Shown here one piece after another: positions 10,703 through 19,976 of a stretch of DNA of 35,858 nt. Each line of letters begins with the position of its first letter. The stretch's first letter is position 1. The notes beneath the pieces are model-generated. The model was not told the origin of the DNA and ran no database searches. It worked only from the letters and a program-made list of their open reading frames with translations. Source of the DNA: Candidatus Anaerobutyricum stercoripullorum (lineage in GTDB: Bacteria; Bacillota; Clostridia; Lachnospirales; Lachnospiraceae); assembly GCA_019114885.1 (NCBI GenBank), contig DXEQ01000289.1:1-35858 (forward strand), given 5' to 3'. The translations under genes were made by a program, and so were the position numbers.

Positions 10703-10962
10703 TTATCCACATTATTCACAGGAAGAACTTTACATTTCTCGTCTTTTCTCAACATATCCCCACGCTGTATACATTTTATCCACACGTGGTTTTTTTCGTT
10801 TTACCCCTATATCTTGCAATTTTCAGCCAGTTTTTCCCGGAATTACCCCCTAAATGCAGGTCAAGACCCAATTTATCCACAAAGTTATCCACACTATCCA
10901 CATTTTCCTATCATTTCACTTACACACAGGATATCCCCCGGTTGTCCACAATTTTATCCACA
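10703..10962 (+). promoter_or_regulatory. DnaA-box cluster
   Basis: Perfect TTATCCACA at 10703, 10776, 10873, 10885 and 10954; one-mismatch boxes at 10712 (TTATTCACA), 10894 (CTATCCACA) and 10942 (TTGTCCACA); all on the same strand. Confidence 0.88.
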
Positions 10963-11070
10963 AACGGAGGATGGCGCGGTTGAGCTCTGCCTACGTTTTT
11001 TCGTGCATGCCGACGTCTTTCGCGCGGTGCAATCCTCCGCACAAAACACCTGTATTTTTCCCTCCAAATA

Positions 11071-11079
11071 TGCTATCAT
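11071..11079 (+). promoter_or_regulatory. Putative extended -10 element for the dnaD-like operon
   Basis: TGcTATCAT about 120 bp upstream of the start codon; no clear -35. Confidence 0.4.
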
Positions 11080-11199
11080 AAAGTTCCAAAACAAGTCTCT
11101 GAACCAATGCGCACGGGAGTCCCGCTTTTCGCGCAGGCTCGCCGCCCGCGCGGCCTGTCTGCTTTCCCTGCGCATCCACATATAAAGAGGGTGAAGACA

Positions 11200-12282
11200 A
11201 TGGATAAAATTACACTGAAAAACACACTGCATCATACGACAACCATACTCCCCAATGAATTCATAGACCATTACATGATCCGGGCGGACGGAGAATACGT
11301 GAAGATTTATCTGCTGATCCTCCGGCTCATGAACCAGAATCTTCCTGTGGAGATCGATCAGCTGGCGGATACGCTGGAGCTGACGAGGAAAGATATCCTC
11401 CGCGCGCTCAAATACTGGGAGAAGGAGGGTCTCCTTGCGATGGAGGACGAGACGGCACAGACGGACGCAAAAAGCGGCGGACAGGCGGCGGACGGCGTCC
11501 CGGGAAACGGCCAGGCCGCAGCGCAGGCCACTGCCGGCGGCAGTGATTCCTATCCCACACTGCCACAGGTGCCGGAGAAAACGAACCGCAGCATGTCGGA
11601 CATCGAGCAGTCCATCAAGGGCACCGATCTGGAACAGACGCTCTATATGGCGGAGACCTATTTCGGCCGCCCTCTGTCCGCTTCGGAGCTGAACAGCTTC
11701 TGCTATATCACGGATTCCCTGCGGTTTTCATCGGAGCTTCTGGAGTACCTCATCGAATACTGCATCAGCCGGGGCAAAAAGAGCGTCCGCTACATGGAGA
11801 GCGTGGCCATCAACTGGTTCCAGCAGGGCATTGACACCATTCAGAAAGCCAGACAGGAGTCCAGTCAGTATACCCAGAATGTTTTCCCGGTCATGAAGGC
11901 GTTTGGCATCAACCGCAACCCCGGCCCGGCGGAACTGGATTACATCAAAAGGTGGAACGCGCTGGGCTTTGAGACGGAGATCATCATCGAGGCCTGCAAC
12001 CGGACCCTGCTGGCCACCCATCAGGCGAGCTTTCCTTACGCTAACCGCATCTTATCCGACTGGAAGAAGTCGGGCGTGCGCACAGCGGAAGATATCCGCT
12101 CTCTCGACCAGAAGTTCCATGCCGCCTCACAGTCGGAAAACCCGGGCGCACCTTCTTCCCGGTCAGGTGGGAGGGCACAGAATTATGGCCGGAACACAGG
12201 CAACGCTTTTCACAATTTCGGAGAACATTCCTATGATTATGATGATCTGGAATCGCGTCTGCTGGAAAAGAACAGGAAGTAG
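11200..12282 (+). CDS. DnaD/DnaB-domain replication protein
   Basis: N-terminal LPNEFIDHYM...GEYVKIYL plus two DnaD-like repeats (YMESVAINW, YANRILSDW); start MDKITLK after a GAGGGTG SD. Confidence 0.85.
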   Translation: MDKITLKNTLHHTTTILPNEFIDHYMIRADGEYVKIYLLILRLMNQNLPVEIDQLADTLELTRKDILRALKYWEKEGLLAMEDETAQTDAKSGGQAADGVPGNGQAAAQATAGGSDSYPTLPQVPEKTNRSMSDIEQSIKGTDLEQTLYMAETYFGRPLSASELNSFCYITDSLRFSSELLEYLIEYCISRGKKSVRYMESVAINWFQQGIDTIQKARQESSQYTQNVFPVMKAFGINRNPGPAELDYIKRWNALGFETEIIIEACNRTLLATHQASFPYANRILSDWKKSGVRTAEDIRSLDQKFHAASQSENPGAPSSRSGGRAQNYGRNTGNAFHNFGEHSYDYDDLESRLLEKNRK

Positions 12283-12292
12283 GTGAACAGAT

Positions 12293-13285
12293 ATGTCTCT
12301 TTCGCAGACCCAGTACCAGGCAATCCTGGACTCTTATGACAGGATCCGCCACAATAACCAGATGGAACACCAGCGGCGGAAGGAAGAGGTGCACGAACGC
12401 ATACCCGAGATCCGGGAGATTGATGAGAAGATCGCCCACATTTCCATCGACGCCGCCAAATATCAGCTTTTCCATCCTGATACCGACGGCAGAGCTTCCC
12501 TGCGGGCGGAAATATACGAATTGTCCATGGAGAAGATCAATCTTCTGGCAATCCATCACTATCCGACAAACTATCTGGATGATATCTACACCTGTCCGGA
12601 CTGCCGGGACACAGGATATATCGGTACTGAGAAATGTCACTGCTTTCAGCACCGTATCGTGGACATCCTTTTTGATCAGTCCAATCTGCGTGATCTGATC
12701 AAAAAAGAGAATTTTGGAACATTTCAGCTGGATTATTATTCTGACGTGCATTCCGGGGACAAGGCGCTCTCCCCGCGGGAAAATATACAGGGAATCCTCA
12801 ACCGGAGCCGTCAGTTTATAGATTCATTTGACATCAGTCCGGGCAGGAACCTGCTGATCACCGGTCCCACCGGCGTGGGCAAGACATTTCTCACTCACTG
12901 TATCGCCGCGGAACTTCTGCAGCAGGGAAAGAGTGTCATCTATCTGACTGCCTACCAGTTTTTTGAACAGCTGGCCGATTATTCCTTCCGGCGCAGTCAG
13001 GAGAATTCCGACACCCTTTCCTTCCTCTTAAGCTGTGACCTGCTGATCATTGACGATCTGGGAACGGAGCTGAACAACGGATTTATTAATTCTCAGCTTT
13101 TCCTGTGCATCAACGAGCGAATCCTGCGCAAAAAATCAACCATGATCAGCACAAATTTATCCTTAAAGCAGTTAAGCCGGACCTACACGGAGAGGGTTTC
13201 CTCGAGAATTGTGGGATCTTACGAACTTTTTCACATTTACGGAGAAGATATTCGCATAAAAAAAGCTGTTTCTTCTCTTGACTAA
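12293..13285 (+). CDS. DnaC/DnaI-like helicase-loader ATPase (IstB-like AAA+)
   Basis: Zn motif CPDCRDTG...CHC, Walker A GPTGVGKT, Walker B LLIIDDLG, ISTNL, ERVSSRI. Confidence 0.88.
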   Translation: MSLSQTQYQAILDSYDRIRHNNQMEHQRRKEEVHERIPEIREIDEKIAHISIDAAKYQLFHPDTDGRASLRAEIYELSMEKINLLAIHHYPTNYLDDIYTCPDCRDTGYIGTEKCHCFQHRIVDILFDQSNLRDLIKKENFGTFQLDYYSDVHSGDKALSPRENIQGILNRSRQFIDSFDISPGRNLLITGPTGVGKTFLTHCIAAELLQQGKSVIYLTAYQFFEQLADYSFRRSQENSDTLSFLLSCDLLIIDDLGTELNNGFINSQLFLCINERILRKKSTMISTNLSLKQLSRTYTERVSSRIVGSYELFHIYGEDIRIKKAVSSLD

Positions 13286-13307
13286 TCCGTCGGGATAATG
13301 TTATAAA
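13278..13307 (+). promoter_or_regulatory. Putative sigma-A promoter of prs
   Basis: TTGACT-N18-TATAAA with TG extension. Confidence 0.45.
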
Positions 13308-13422
13308 CGTTATGAATTGGCCGGGCGGTCAGAATTTCCGCCGGCCGGCGCTTTGCAGACATGTGCGAAGTGCATAACCCTGATTCACTTTGACCAAGAT
13401 AAAATAAAAAGGAGACTATCAT

Positions 13423-14616
13423 ATGAAGCCAGATGAGAGCAAGTTTTCAACCGTTCCTGTGGGAAGACTGGGAATTATCGTACACCCAAGCTGTGCCGCC
13501 CTCGGCGACAAGATCGACCAGTACATTGTGAACTGGCGCAGGGAGCGCAATCATAACCACAAGAGCAACATTGTATTCAAGGATTATGAGAAGGACTCGT
13601 TCATCATCCCGTCCACCTGTGCCCGTTTCGGAACCGGTGAGGCGAAGGCCCTGATTTCCGATTCTGTCAGAGGTACGGACTTATATATCATCGCGGACGT
13701 ACTCAATTACAGTCTGGAGTACACTGTCTGCGGTCACAGAAACCATATGTCGCCGGACGATATCTACGCCGATGTGAAGCGTCTCATCGCCGCTGCCTCC
13801 GGCAAGCCGAAGAGCATCACCGTGATCCTGCCTTTCCTCTATGAGAGCCGTCAGCACAAGAGAAGTTCCAGAGAGTCTCTGGACTGCGCATTTGCTTTGC
13901 AGGAGCTGTCCAACATCGGTGTGGACAATGTGTTCACCTTCGACGCCCACGACCCGAGAGTGCAGAACGCCATCCCGTTAAAGGGATTTGACAATATCAT
14001 GCCGACCTACCAGTTCATCAAGTCGCTGCTCCGGTCCACCAACGATCTGGAGATCGACAAAGACCACATGATGATCATCAGCCCGGACGAGGGAGCGATG
14101 CAGAGAGCCATGTACTTTGCCAACGTGCTGGAGGTCAATATCGGTATGTTCTACAAGCGCCGTGATTACTCCGTAGTCATCGACGGCCGCAATCCGATCG
14201 TGGCTCACGAATATCTGGGTGAATCTGTGGAAGGTAAGGACGTCATGGTCATTGACGATATGATCTCTTCCGGTGAGAGTATGCTGGATGTGGCAAGAGA
14301 GCTTAAGAGAAGAAAGGCAAGAAGAGTCTTCTGTATCTCCACCTTCGGTATGTTCACCAACGGACTTTCTTCCTTTGACAAGGCTTACGAAGATGGTACG
14401 ATCTACAAGGTTATCACCACCAACTGCACCTACCAGATGCCGGAACTTCTGGAGCGTCCGTGGTATGTAAGCTGCGATGTATCCAAATATATCGCCCTGC
14501 TCATCGATTCTCTGAACCATGAGGCTTCCATCAGCGCTCTTCTTGATCCGCATGACCGTATCAAGAAACGTCTTGCGGAATACAAGGTAACGCACACCAT
14601 CAAAGAAGAGGACTAA
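13423..14616 (+). CDS. prs: Ribose-phosphate pyrophosphokinase
   Basis: RFGTGE, PFLYESRQH, ISPDEGA and PRPP-binding VIDDMISSGES motifs. Confidence 0.93.
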   Translation: MKPDESKFSTVPVGRLGIIVHPSCAALGDKIDQYIVNWRRERNHNHKSNIVFKDYEKDSFIIPSTCARFGTGEAKALISDSVRGTDLYIIADVLNYSLEYTVCGHRNHMSPDDIYADVKRLIAAASGKPKSITVILPFLYESRQHKRSSRESLDCAFALQELSNIGVDNVFTFDAHDPRVQNAIPLKGFDNIMPTYQFIKSLLRSTNDLEIDKDHMMIISPDEGAMQRAMYFANVLEVNIGMFYKRRDYSVVIDGRNPIVAHEYLGESVEGKDVMVIDDMISSGESMLDVARELKRRKARRVFCISTFGMFTNGLSSFDKAYEDGTIYKVITTNCTYQMPELLERPWYVSCDVSKYIALLIDSLNHEASISALLDPHDRIKKRLAEYKVTHTIKEED

Positions 14617-14660
14617 GCGCAGCAGGTAAAGATTCAGACGTATAACAACATGTAGTAACC

Positions 14661-14697
14661 AAAAGGGGACGCGGCTTTTTCGCCGCGTCCCCTTTTT
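14661..14697. terminator. Bidirectional intrinsic terminator between convergent prs and PBP genes
   Basis: AAAAGGGGACGCGGC-loop-GCCGCGTCCCCTTTTT perfect inverted repeat. Confidence 0.9.
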
Positions 14698-14717
14698 GTG
14701 TTCTCATCATATATCAT

Positions 14718-17273
14718 CTACTGTGCTTCCCCGGCGCCGTTTTCCGAAGCGCCGCCGGAAGATGCGCCGTTACCGCTGTCGGAACCGGAGGAGCTGCCTC
14801 CCTGACCGCTGTCACTGCCGCCTGCACCTCCGCCGGAGCCACTCTCAGAACCGGAGGAACTGCCTCCCTGGCCACTGTCACTGCCGCCGGAGCCGCCCGA
14901 GCTGCCGTTGTCACTGCTTCCCGAACCGCTGCCGCCATTTCCGGTATCGGAACCGGAGGATGTGCCCCCTGAACTGCTGCCGCCGGAGGTTCCTCCTCCG
15001 TTCTGGCTGCCGCCCGGCGTACTGCTGCCGGAATCGGAGGTTCCGCCGCCGGAAGATGCGCCGTTACCGCCGGAGGTTCCGCTGCCGGTATCCGGCGTCT
15101 GTACTGGCGGTTCGTCCGCCTCATCCACATCTTTCCCCGGCTTCATCTCTTCCAGGCCCTGATTGCCCTCATCCATCTTGATCTCATGGTCTGCTGCTTC
15201 CTCCGTGGTCGCTCTGGCCTCCGTGGAATCGGAATCATCGTCGCTCAGCAGACCGTCAAAATCTCTCTCCGGAAGAGCCACATGCACCTTATCCATAAAG
15301 TTCTTCCAGATATCCTCCGGATAGGAACTTCCGGTCAGACCGTCCACCGGCTCGTAGACGTCCATACCGACCCAGACAGCCGTCGTATAGTACGGAGAAT
15401 ATCCGCAGAGCCAGCCATCCACATAGTTGGAGGTGGTTCCCGTCTTACAGGCCACGGCCGTGTCCACATCCAGATCGCAGCCGGAAGCGGTGGCGGAACT
15501 GTCAGTCACACAGCTTTCCAGGATGTCCGTCATGCTGCGGGCCGCGCTGCTGGAGTAGATCTCCTTGCTCTCCTCCTCGTTCGGCACGATCACATTTCCT
15601 TCCGAATCGGTAATCCGGATGATACAGGTCGGCGTCCGATACCGGCCGTCGTTGGCCAGCGTCGCGTAACCGGCCGCCATCTCCACCGCAGTGGTTCCTC
15701 TCGTGAAACCGCCGAGACAGGTGGTGTCATACCGGTAATCCTCCGGCTCCAGACCGGCAAAGTTCATATTTTCCAGATATTTGAGGCAATCTTCCGGTCC
15801 CAGTTCCTGATAGAGCCGGTAGGTCGCCACATTACTGGACTTCTGCACCGCCCGGCGCAGAGAGATGGAACCGGAGTAAGAGTATCCTGAATTGGACACC
15901 GCGTCCTCCCCGGTCATCCGGCTGTCATCCACCGTGCTGTAGGCCGTATAGCCCTGCTCCAGCGCCGGTGCGTAGACCAGAAGAGGCTTGATGGCGCTTC
16001 CCGGCTGCCGGTAACTCTGGTACGCCCGGTTCAATCCGTAGCCTTCCTGATCGGCTTCCCGGCCGCCCACGATGGCCGCCACCCTTCCAGTGCTGTTATC
16101 GATACAGACTGCCGCGCCCTGCACCTCATAGATACCGTCGTCGGTCTTGTCAGTAAACATGGCAAGCTGTGAGGATACCGACTCCTGCAGCTGACTCTGC
16201 ATATCCATGTCGATGGATGTGTAGATGCGGTAACCGGCCGTATACAGGCTCTGCCGGCAGATGCTGTACATTTCGTCATACTCTTCATCGTAGGCTTCTT
16301 CTTCCTCATCGTCGTCAAAAACGTACTGGAACTCGAAGCCTCTCTCCTTCATGAGACTTTCCGTGGCACATTTTATAATGTAAGTCTCCGCGTAGTCGTT
16401 GGACTGGGTCTCCCTGCGCGGAAGGACCTCAATCTTCTCATCCAGCGACTTCTGATACTGTTCCTCGCTGATATAGCCTTCCTCATACATATTTTTGAGG
16501 ATTCTGTCCCGCCTTTCCATGGTCGCTTCCGGGTGATCGTACGGGTCATAGCGGGTCGGACTGTTCGGAATCGCGCACAGAAAAGCAATCTGTGAGATCG
16601 TCAGATCCTTTGCCTCCTTGCGGAAATACGCCTCCGAGGCGGACTCAATGCCATAGTATCCGTTGGAAAAATATACGTTATTCAGATAGAACTCCAGAAT
16701 CTGTTCCTTGGTGTACTTCTGTTCCAGAGCCACCGCGATAAACATCTCCTGAATCTTCCGGCTGTAAGTAGTCTCAAAACTTAAGAACACGTTTCGTGCC
16801 AGCTGCTGGGTGATCGTACTTCCTCCCTGCGTGATCTCTCCCCGGTTTCGGATGAGGGCCACGGCCGCCCGGGCGATACCTTCCATATCGATTCCCCGGT
16901 GCGAAGTAAAGTTCTTATCCTCGATGGCAATAAGCGCCAGCTTTGCCGCGTCAGGAATATCCTCGTACTCCAGATAATGGACGTCCTTCTCTCCTTTGAG
17001 CTTCTTGATCTCATTGCCGTCCGCGTCATAGACCAGAGACGTCTGTTCTGCCTTAAATGTATTCTCATCGCTCTCGGCCACCATCTCCACGGCGTTTCTG
17101 TACATGGATATGACAGGAACCCCCACCCGGACAATGGCGAGAACTGCCAGCGTGGCAAACGCGACCAGCAGACAGATGGCAAGAATCTTCAGCACTCTGA
17201 ACGTCATACCGTTTTCTTTTTGTTTCTTCCTCCGGGGCTGTACGCCGCCTTCCTTCTGTTTTCTCCTGCTCAT
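14718..17273 (-). CDS. Class A penicillin-binding protein (transglycosylase/transpeptidase, PBP1A family)
   Basis: N-terminal TM; AIEDKNF and GGSTITQQLAR (transglycosylase); SAIK, SSN and KTGT (transpeptidase); start MSRRK after a GGGAGG SD. Confidence 0.93.
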   Translation of the reverse strand: MSRRKQKEGGVQPRRKKQKENGMTFRVLKILAICLLVAFATLAVLAIVRVGVPVISMYRNAVEMVAESDENTFKAEQTSLVYDADGNEIKKLKGEKDVHYLEYEDIPDAAKLALIAIEDKNFTSHRGIDMEGIARAAVALIRNRGEITQGGSTITQQLARNVFLSFETTYSRKIQEMFIAVALEQKYTKEQILEFYLNNVYFSNGYYGIESASEAYFRKEAKDLTISQIAFLCAIPNSPTRYDPYDHPEATMERRDRILKNMYEEGYISEEQYQKSLDEKIEVLPRRETQSNDYAETYIIKCATESLMKERGFEFQYVFDDDEEEEAYDEEYDEMYSICRQSLYTAGYRIYTSIDMDMQSQLQESVSSQLAMFTDKTDDGIYEVQGAAVCIDNSTGRVAAIVGGREADQEGYGLNRAYQSYRQPGSAIKPLLVYAPALEQGYTAYSTVDDSRMTGEDAVSNSGYSYSGSISLRRAVQKSSNVATYRLYQELGPEDCLKYLENMNFAGLEPEDYRYDTTCLGGFTRGTTAVEMAAGYATLANDGRYRTPTCIIRITDSEGNVIVPNEEESKEIYSSSAARSMTDILESCVTDSSATASGCDLDVDTAVACKTGTTSNYVDGWLCGYSPYYTTAVWVGMDVYEPVDGLTGSSYPEDIWKNFMDKVHVALPERDFDGLLSDDDSDSTEARATTEEAADHEIKMDEGNQGLEEMKPGKDVDEADEPPVQTPDTGSGTSGGNGASSGGGTSDSGSSTPGGSQNGGGTSGGSSSGGTSSGSDTGNGGSGSGSSDNGSSGGSGGSDSGQGGSSSGSESGSGGGAGGSDSGQGGSSSGSDSGNGASSGGASENGAGEAQ
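14740..15095 (-). repeat. Gly/Ser-rich low-complexity repeats in the PBP C-terminal tail
   Basis: Duplicated blocks such as GGSDSGQGGSSSGS (66-bp spacing) and GNGASSGG twice. Confidence 0.8.
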
Positions 17274-17421
17274 ATCTACCTCCCGCAATGTTTCTTATCT
17301 TCCTCTTTCCAGTATCTGCCTGAATCCGTTCTTTTATACAAAACAGCCGTCCTTTTATCCGCGCTCCTGTGCAAGCCGCTTTTCTGCCATCGGCCGCCAC
17401 GTTTGCTTTCACCGTGCGGCC

Positions 17422-19974
17422 CTACCGGGACAGATAGCTGTAGAACACATTTCCTGCTTTCCGGAAATTCTCCGTGATCTGCTCCCGGTCTCCCACAGTG
17501 GAGATGCCGGTCACCGGATCCAAATACCGGATCTTGGTGGAATTATAACTCATGACGATCACATATCTTCCGCCTGTGTACCGGGCCAGCACCGGACTTC
17601 CCTGACTGATGTAGTAGAGTACATCGTCCAGCGGGCAGCCGATGAGGTTGAGCGCCTGCTGTCCGCTGTATTCTGCCAGCAGCTCTTCCTCCGGGGCGGA
17701 CTGCGTATCAATACTTCCCGCCTCCACGCTCTTCCCGTTCACTCTGGCGATCATGGACAGACACCCGGCCAGAGACCGACCGTCGCCGGAGACCTTCGTC
17801 ACCTGATCCATGCCGGCCACGATGGCGTAATCATCAAACACACATTCCCACAATACATTTTCCGCATTGTCGATCACATTTCCTCTCGCTTCCTGCGCCG
17901 CCCTGACGGCCTCCGCCAGATTCGTGTAAGACGCCAGCGTCTCCCCGTCCGCGTAGACAAAGTACTGCTGCGCGGCGTTGCCGCTGCGGGACAGGGTGAG
18001 GGACGGATCGTCCTCGCTGGAGAGAATCCGGGCCGGAATCAGGTCCGGTTCAATCTGTATATAAATATACTCCGGAAATTTGAAGTAAAGTTGTTCTCCG
18101 AAGACACCGGAATTCCTGCTCACCAAAGACACGCCATCCTCCCGGTCTTCTTCCTTGTAGCGAATATAATCCTTCGCCCCTGTGGAACGGAAGTTCCCGC
18201 CGTTTTTGCGTCCCAGACTCATCTCCAGAACGCTTCTGCTGATGCTGGTCTCCATGATATACCGGTCTTTCTGGGTGTAGTTCTTCACCTCATTGCCTCC
18301 GATATCCATGATCCGCAGCGTGCGCATAGGAAATGTGACGGCTCCGCTGTCCTCCCGGGACACATCCGATGCCGACGCGATCCCGTAGATAAAGTCGTTG
18401 GAAAGAAATCCCACGGAACGAATCCGCTCGTTATCCGCGCAGGTAAAGGTCTGACTCTCCCCGCTCTCCAGATCGATCATCCTGATCTCTTTGTTGTCAC
18501 AGACATCCTTATCCGACTCGATGGCGATGATGCTCTGATCCGCCGAAGCCGTGAGACTCTCGTTGATCATGCCCGATACCAGAATCTCATCGGTCTTCTC
18601 CTCCAGATCGATCTCATGCAGATCTCCGTCCAGCACACAGTAGAATATATTATCTCCGTTGAGGTACGAAAACTTCTCCATATCTTCCCGCATGCTGTCA
18701 TACGGGACGGAAGTGATCAGGAACGCCAGCTCTTCGTTACAGTTCGTGGCGGCGTCAAACCGCATGATCTGTATGCCGTTATCTCCCTCGTGGCGTCCCC
18801 GGTTGATGTAGCCGTAGACCAGATAGAGGATATTGCCGTCGTCGTCAAAATCCAGAATCCGGATGCCGTGGTCGTCCTGGTCGCTGCGGATGTCCGCCAG
18901 ATTCTCCGCGGTGAAGCTGTACACCTGCGTCACATCGGAGTCGTCGTAATTATAGTACCACAGCTGCCCCTGCACGCAGAAAGCCAGCTTGTGTCCCTCG
19001 TCTGAGGAAATATACTCCACGTTGTCTTCGTTCTGGATGCCCAGCCCCAGATAACTGTTGGCGGCGTCGATCATGGCCTCATTATAATAGGCGTCCATGG
19101 TCCTCTGGTAGTCCAGCAGATACATGCGCTCCGGCGTGTAGCGCATGCGGTATGTCTCGCTCACCGCATAATACTGCACCACCCCGTCGCTGACCTCGCT
19201 GGAGAGGACGCTGTCCAGTTCCAGGACCGCGTAGGTGTCATTGAGTTCCCTTACCTTAATGCGGGGCTGTGACGCCTGTTTCACTTCCATGCTGCCAAAA
19301 AATACCGCGCTGGTGCTGGAATGAATATCCACGTACTCCAGCGTGGATCCCGACGCACCGGCGGCCGGTTCCAGATAGGAGGCGTTCTCCTCCATCTTTG
19401 TCTTGTCAAACAGGTTGTTGTGGAACTGCAGCGCATATGTAAAATACTCGTCCAGATTGTATCCGGCTCCGTTCTGCAGTTTTGTATAAAAATACACCCT
19501 CGTGCTGTTGTCCAGCCGGACTGCCAGCTGCAGGTAGTAATTCTTTCCCTGGGTCAGATCCGTCTCAAAGGTCAAAGTGCCGGTACGGATATTCTCCGCC
19601 TCGTGATCGGTCAGCTTGTTGACCGTCCCCTCTTCCAGAGGGTTCTCCGGATCGTTTTCAAAAAGTACATACTGAATGGCCGTGATATCATAGTCGTAGT
19701 TGTGCAGCTTAAGTTCCAGCGTCTTTGAGTGATCCACCACGGTGACCTGATTGCGGACCAGCGACAGGTCGATATCTCCCCGGTACCCGGACATGGCGTT
19801 ATAGTCCGATACCCCGCTGCCAATCTCCAGCACCGGATAGGTGGAATTCTGCAGCTCCGTCACCGGGTTGCCCTTCTCCGCCGAGATCCTGTAATTAAAA
19901 AACAGCAGGGCCCCCACAAAGACCAGCACGCCGACCAGCGTATGGATCACGACCATTCTCATTGTTTCCTTCAT
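17422..19974 (-). CDS. Hypothetical membrane-anchored 850-aa protein, possibly with a degenerate C39-like C-terminal domain
   Basis: Long ORF with N-terminal TM helix; starts 2 bp after the methyltransferase stop; function not recognised. Confidence 0.8.
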   Translation of the reverse strand: MKETMRMVVIHTLVGVLVFVGALLFFNYRISAEKGNPVTELQNSTYPVLEIGSGVSDYNAMSGYRGDIDLSLVRNQVTVVDHSKTLELKLHNYDYDITAIQYVLFENDPENPLEEGTVNKLTDHEAENIRTGTLTFETDLTQGKNYYLQLAVRLDNSTRVYFYTKLQNGAGYNLDEYFTYALQFHNNLFDKTKMEENASYLEPAAGASGSTLEYVDIHSSTSAVFFGSMEVKQASQPRIKVRELNDTYAVLELDSVLSSEVSDGVVQYYAVSETYRMRYTPERMYLLDYQRTMDAYYNEAMIDAANSYLGLGIQNEDNVEYISSDEGHKLAFCVQGQLWYYNYDDSDVTQVYSFTAENLADIRSDQDDHGIRILDFDDDGNILYLVYGYINRGRHEGDNGIQIMRFDAATNCNEELAFLITSVPYDSMREDMEKFSYLNGDNIFYCVLDGDLHEIDLEEKTDEILVSGMINESLTASADQSIIAIESDKDVCDNKEIRMIDLESGESQTFTCADNERIRSVGFLSNDFIYGIASASDVSREDSGAVTFPMRTLRIMDIGGNEVKNYTQKDRYIMETSISRSVLEMSLGRKNGGNFRSTGAKDYIRYKEEDREDGVSLVSRNSGVFGEQLYFKFPEYIYIQIEPDLIPARILSSEDDPSLTLSRSGNAAQQYFVYADGETLASYTNLAEAVRAAQEARGNVIDNAENVLWECVFDDYAIVAGMDQVTKVSGDGRSLAGCLSMIARVNGKSVEAGSIDTQSAPEEELLAEYSGQQALNLIGCPLDDVLYYISQGSPVLARYTGGRYVIVMSYNSTKIRYLDPVTGISTVGDREQITENFRKAGNVFYSYLSR

Positions 19975-19976
19975 GT

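Noticed and set aside
10486-11271. Several overlapping ORFs across the DnaA-box region
   Set aside because: Their translations (LSTKLSTLST, VIHIIH, YPQSYPHYPH) simply reflect TTATCCACA repeats; they have no SDs or recognisable domains.
11200-13285. Prophage or IS21 replication module (DnaD plus IstB-like ATPase)
   Set aside because: No transposase, integrase or phage genes are adjacent; it sits between murC and prs like a core chromosomal locus.
17104-19005. 633-aa plus-strand ORF
   Set aside because: Antisense shadow of the 850-aa gene and the PBP start; no recognisable motifs, and long stop-free antisense frames are expected with this codon bias.
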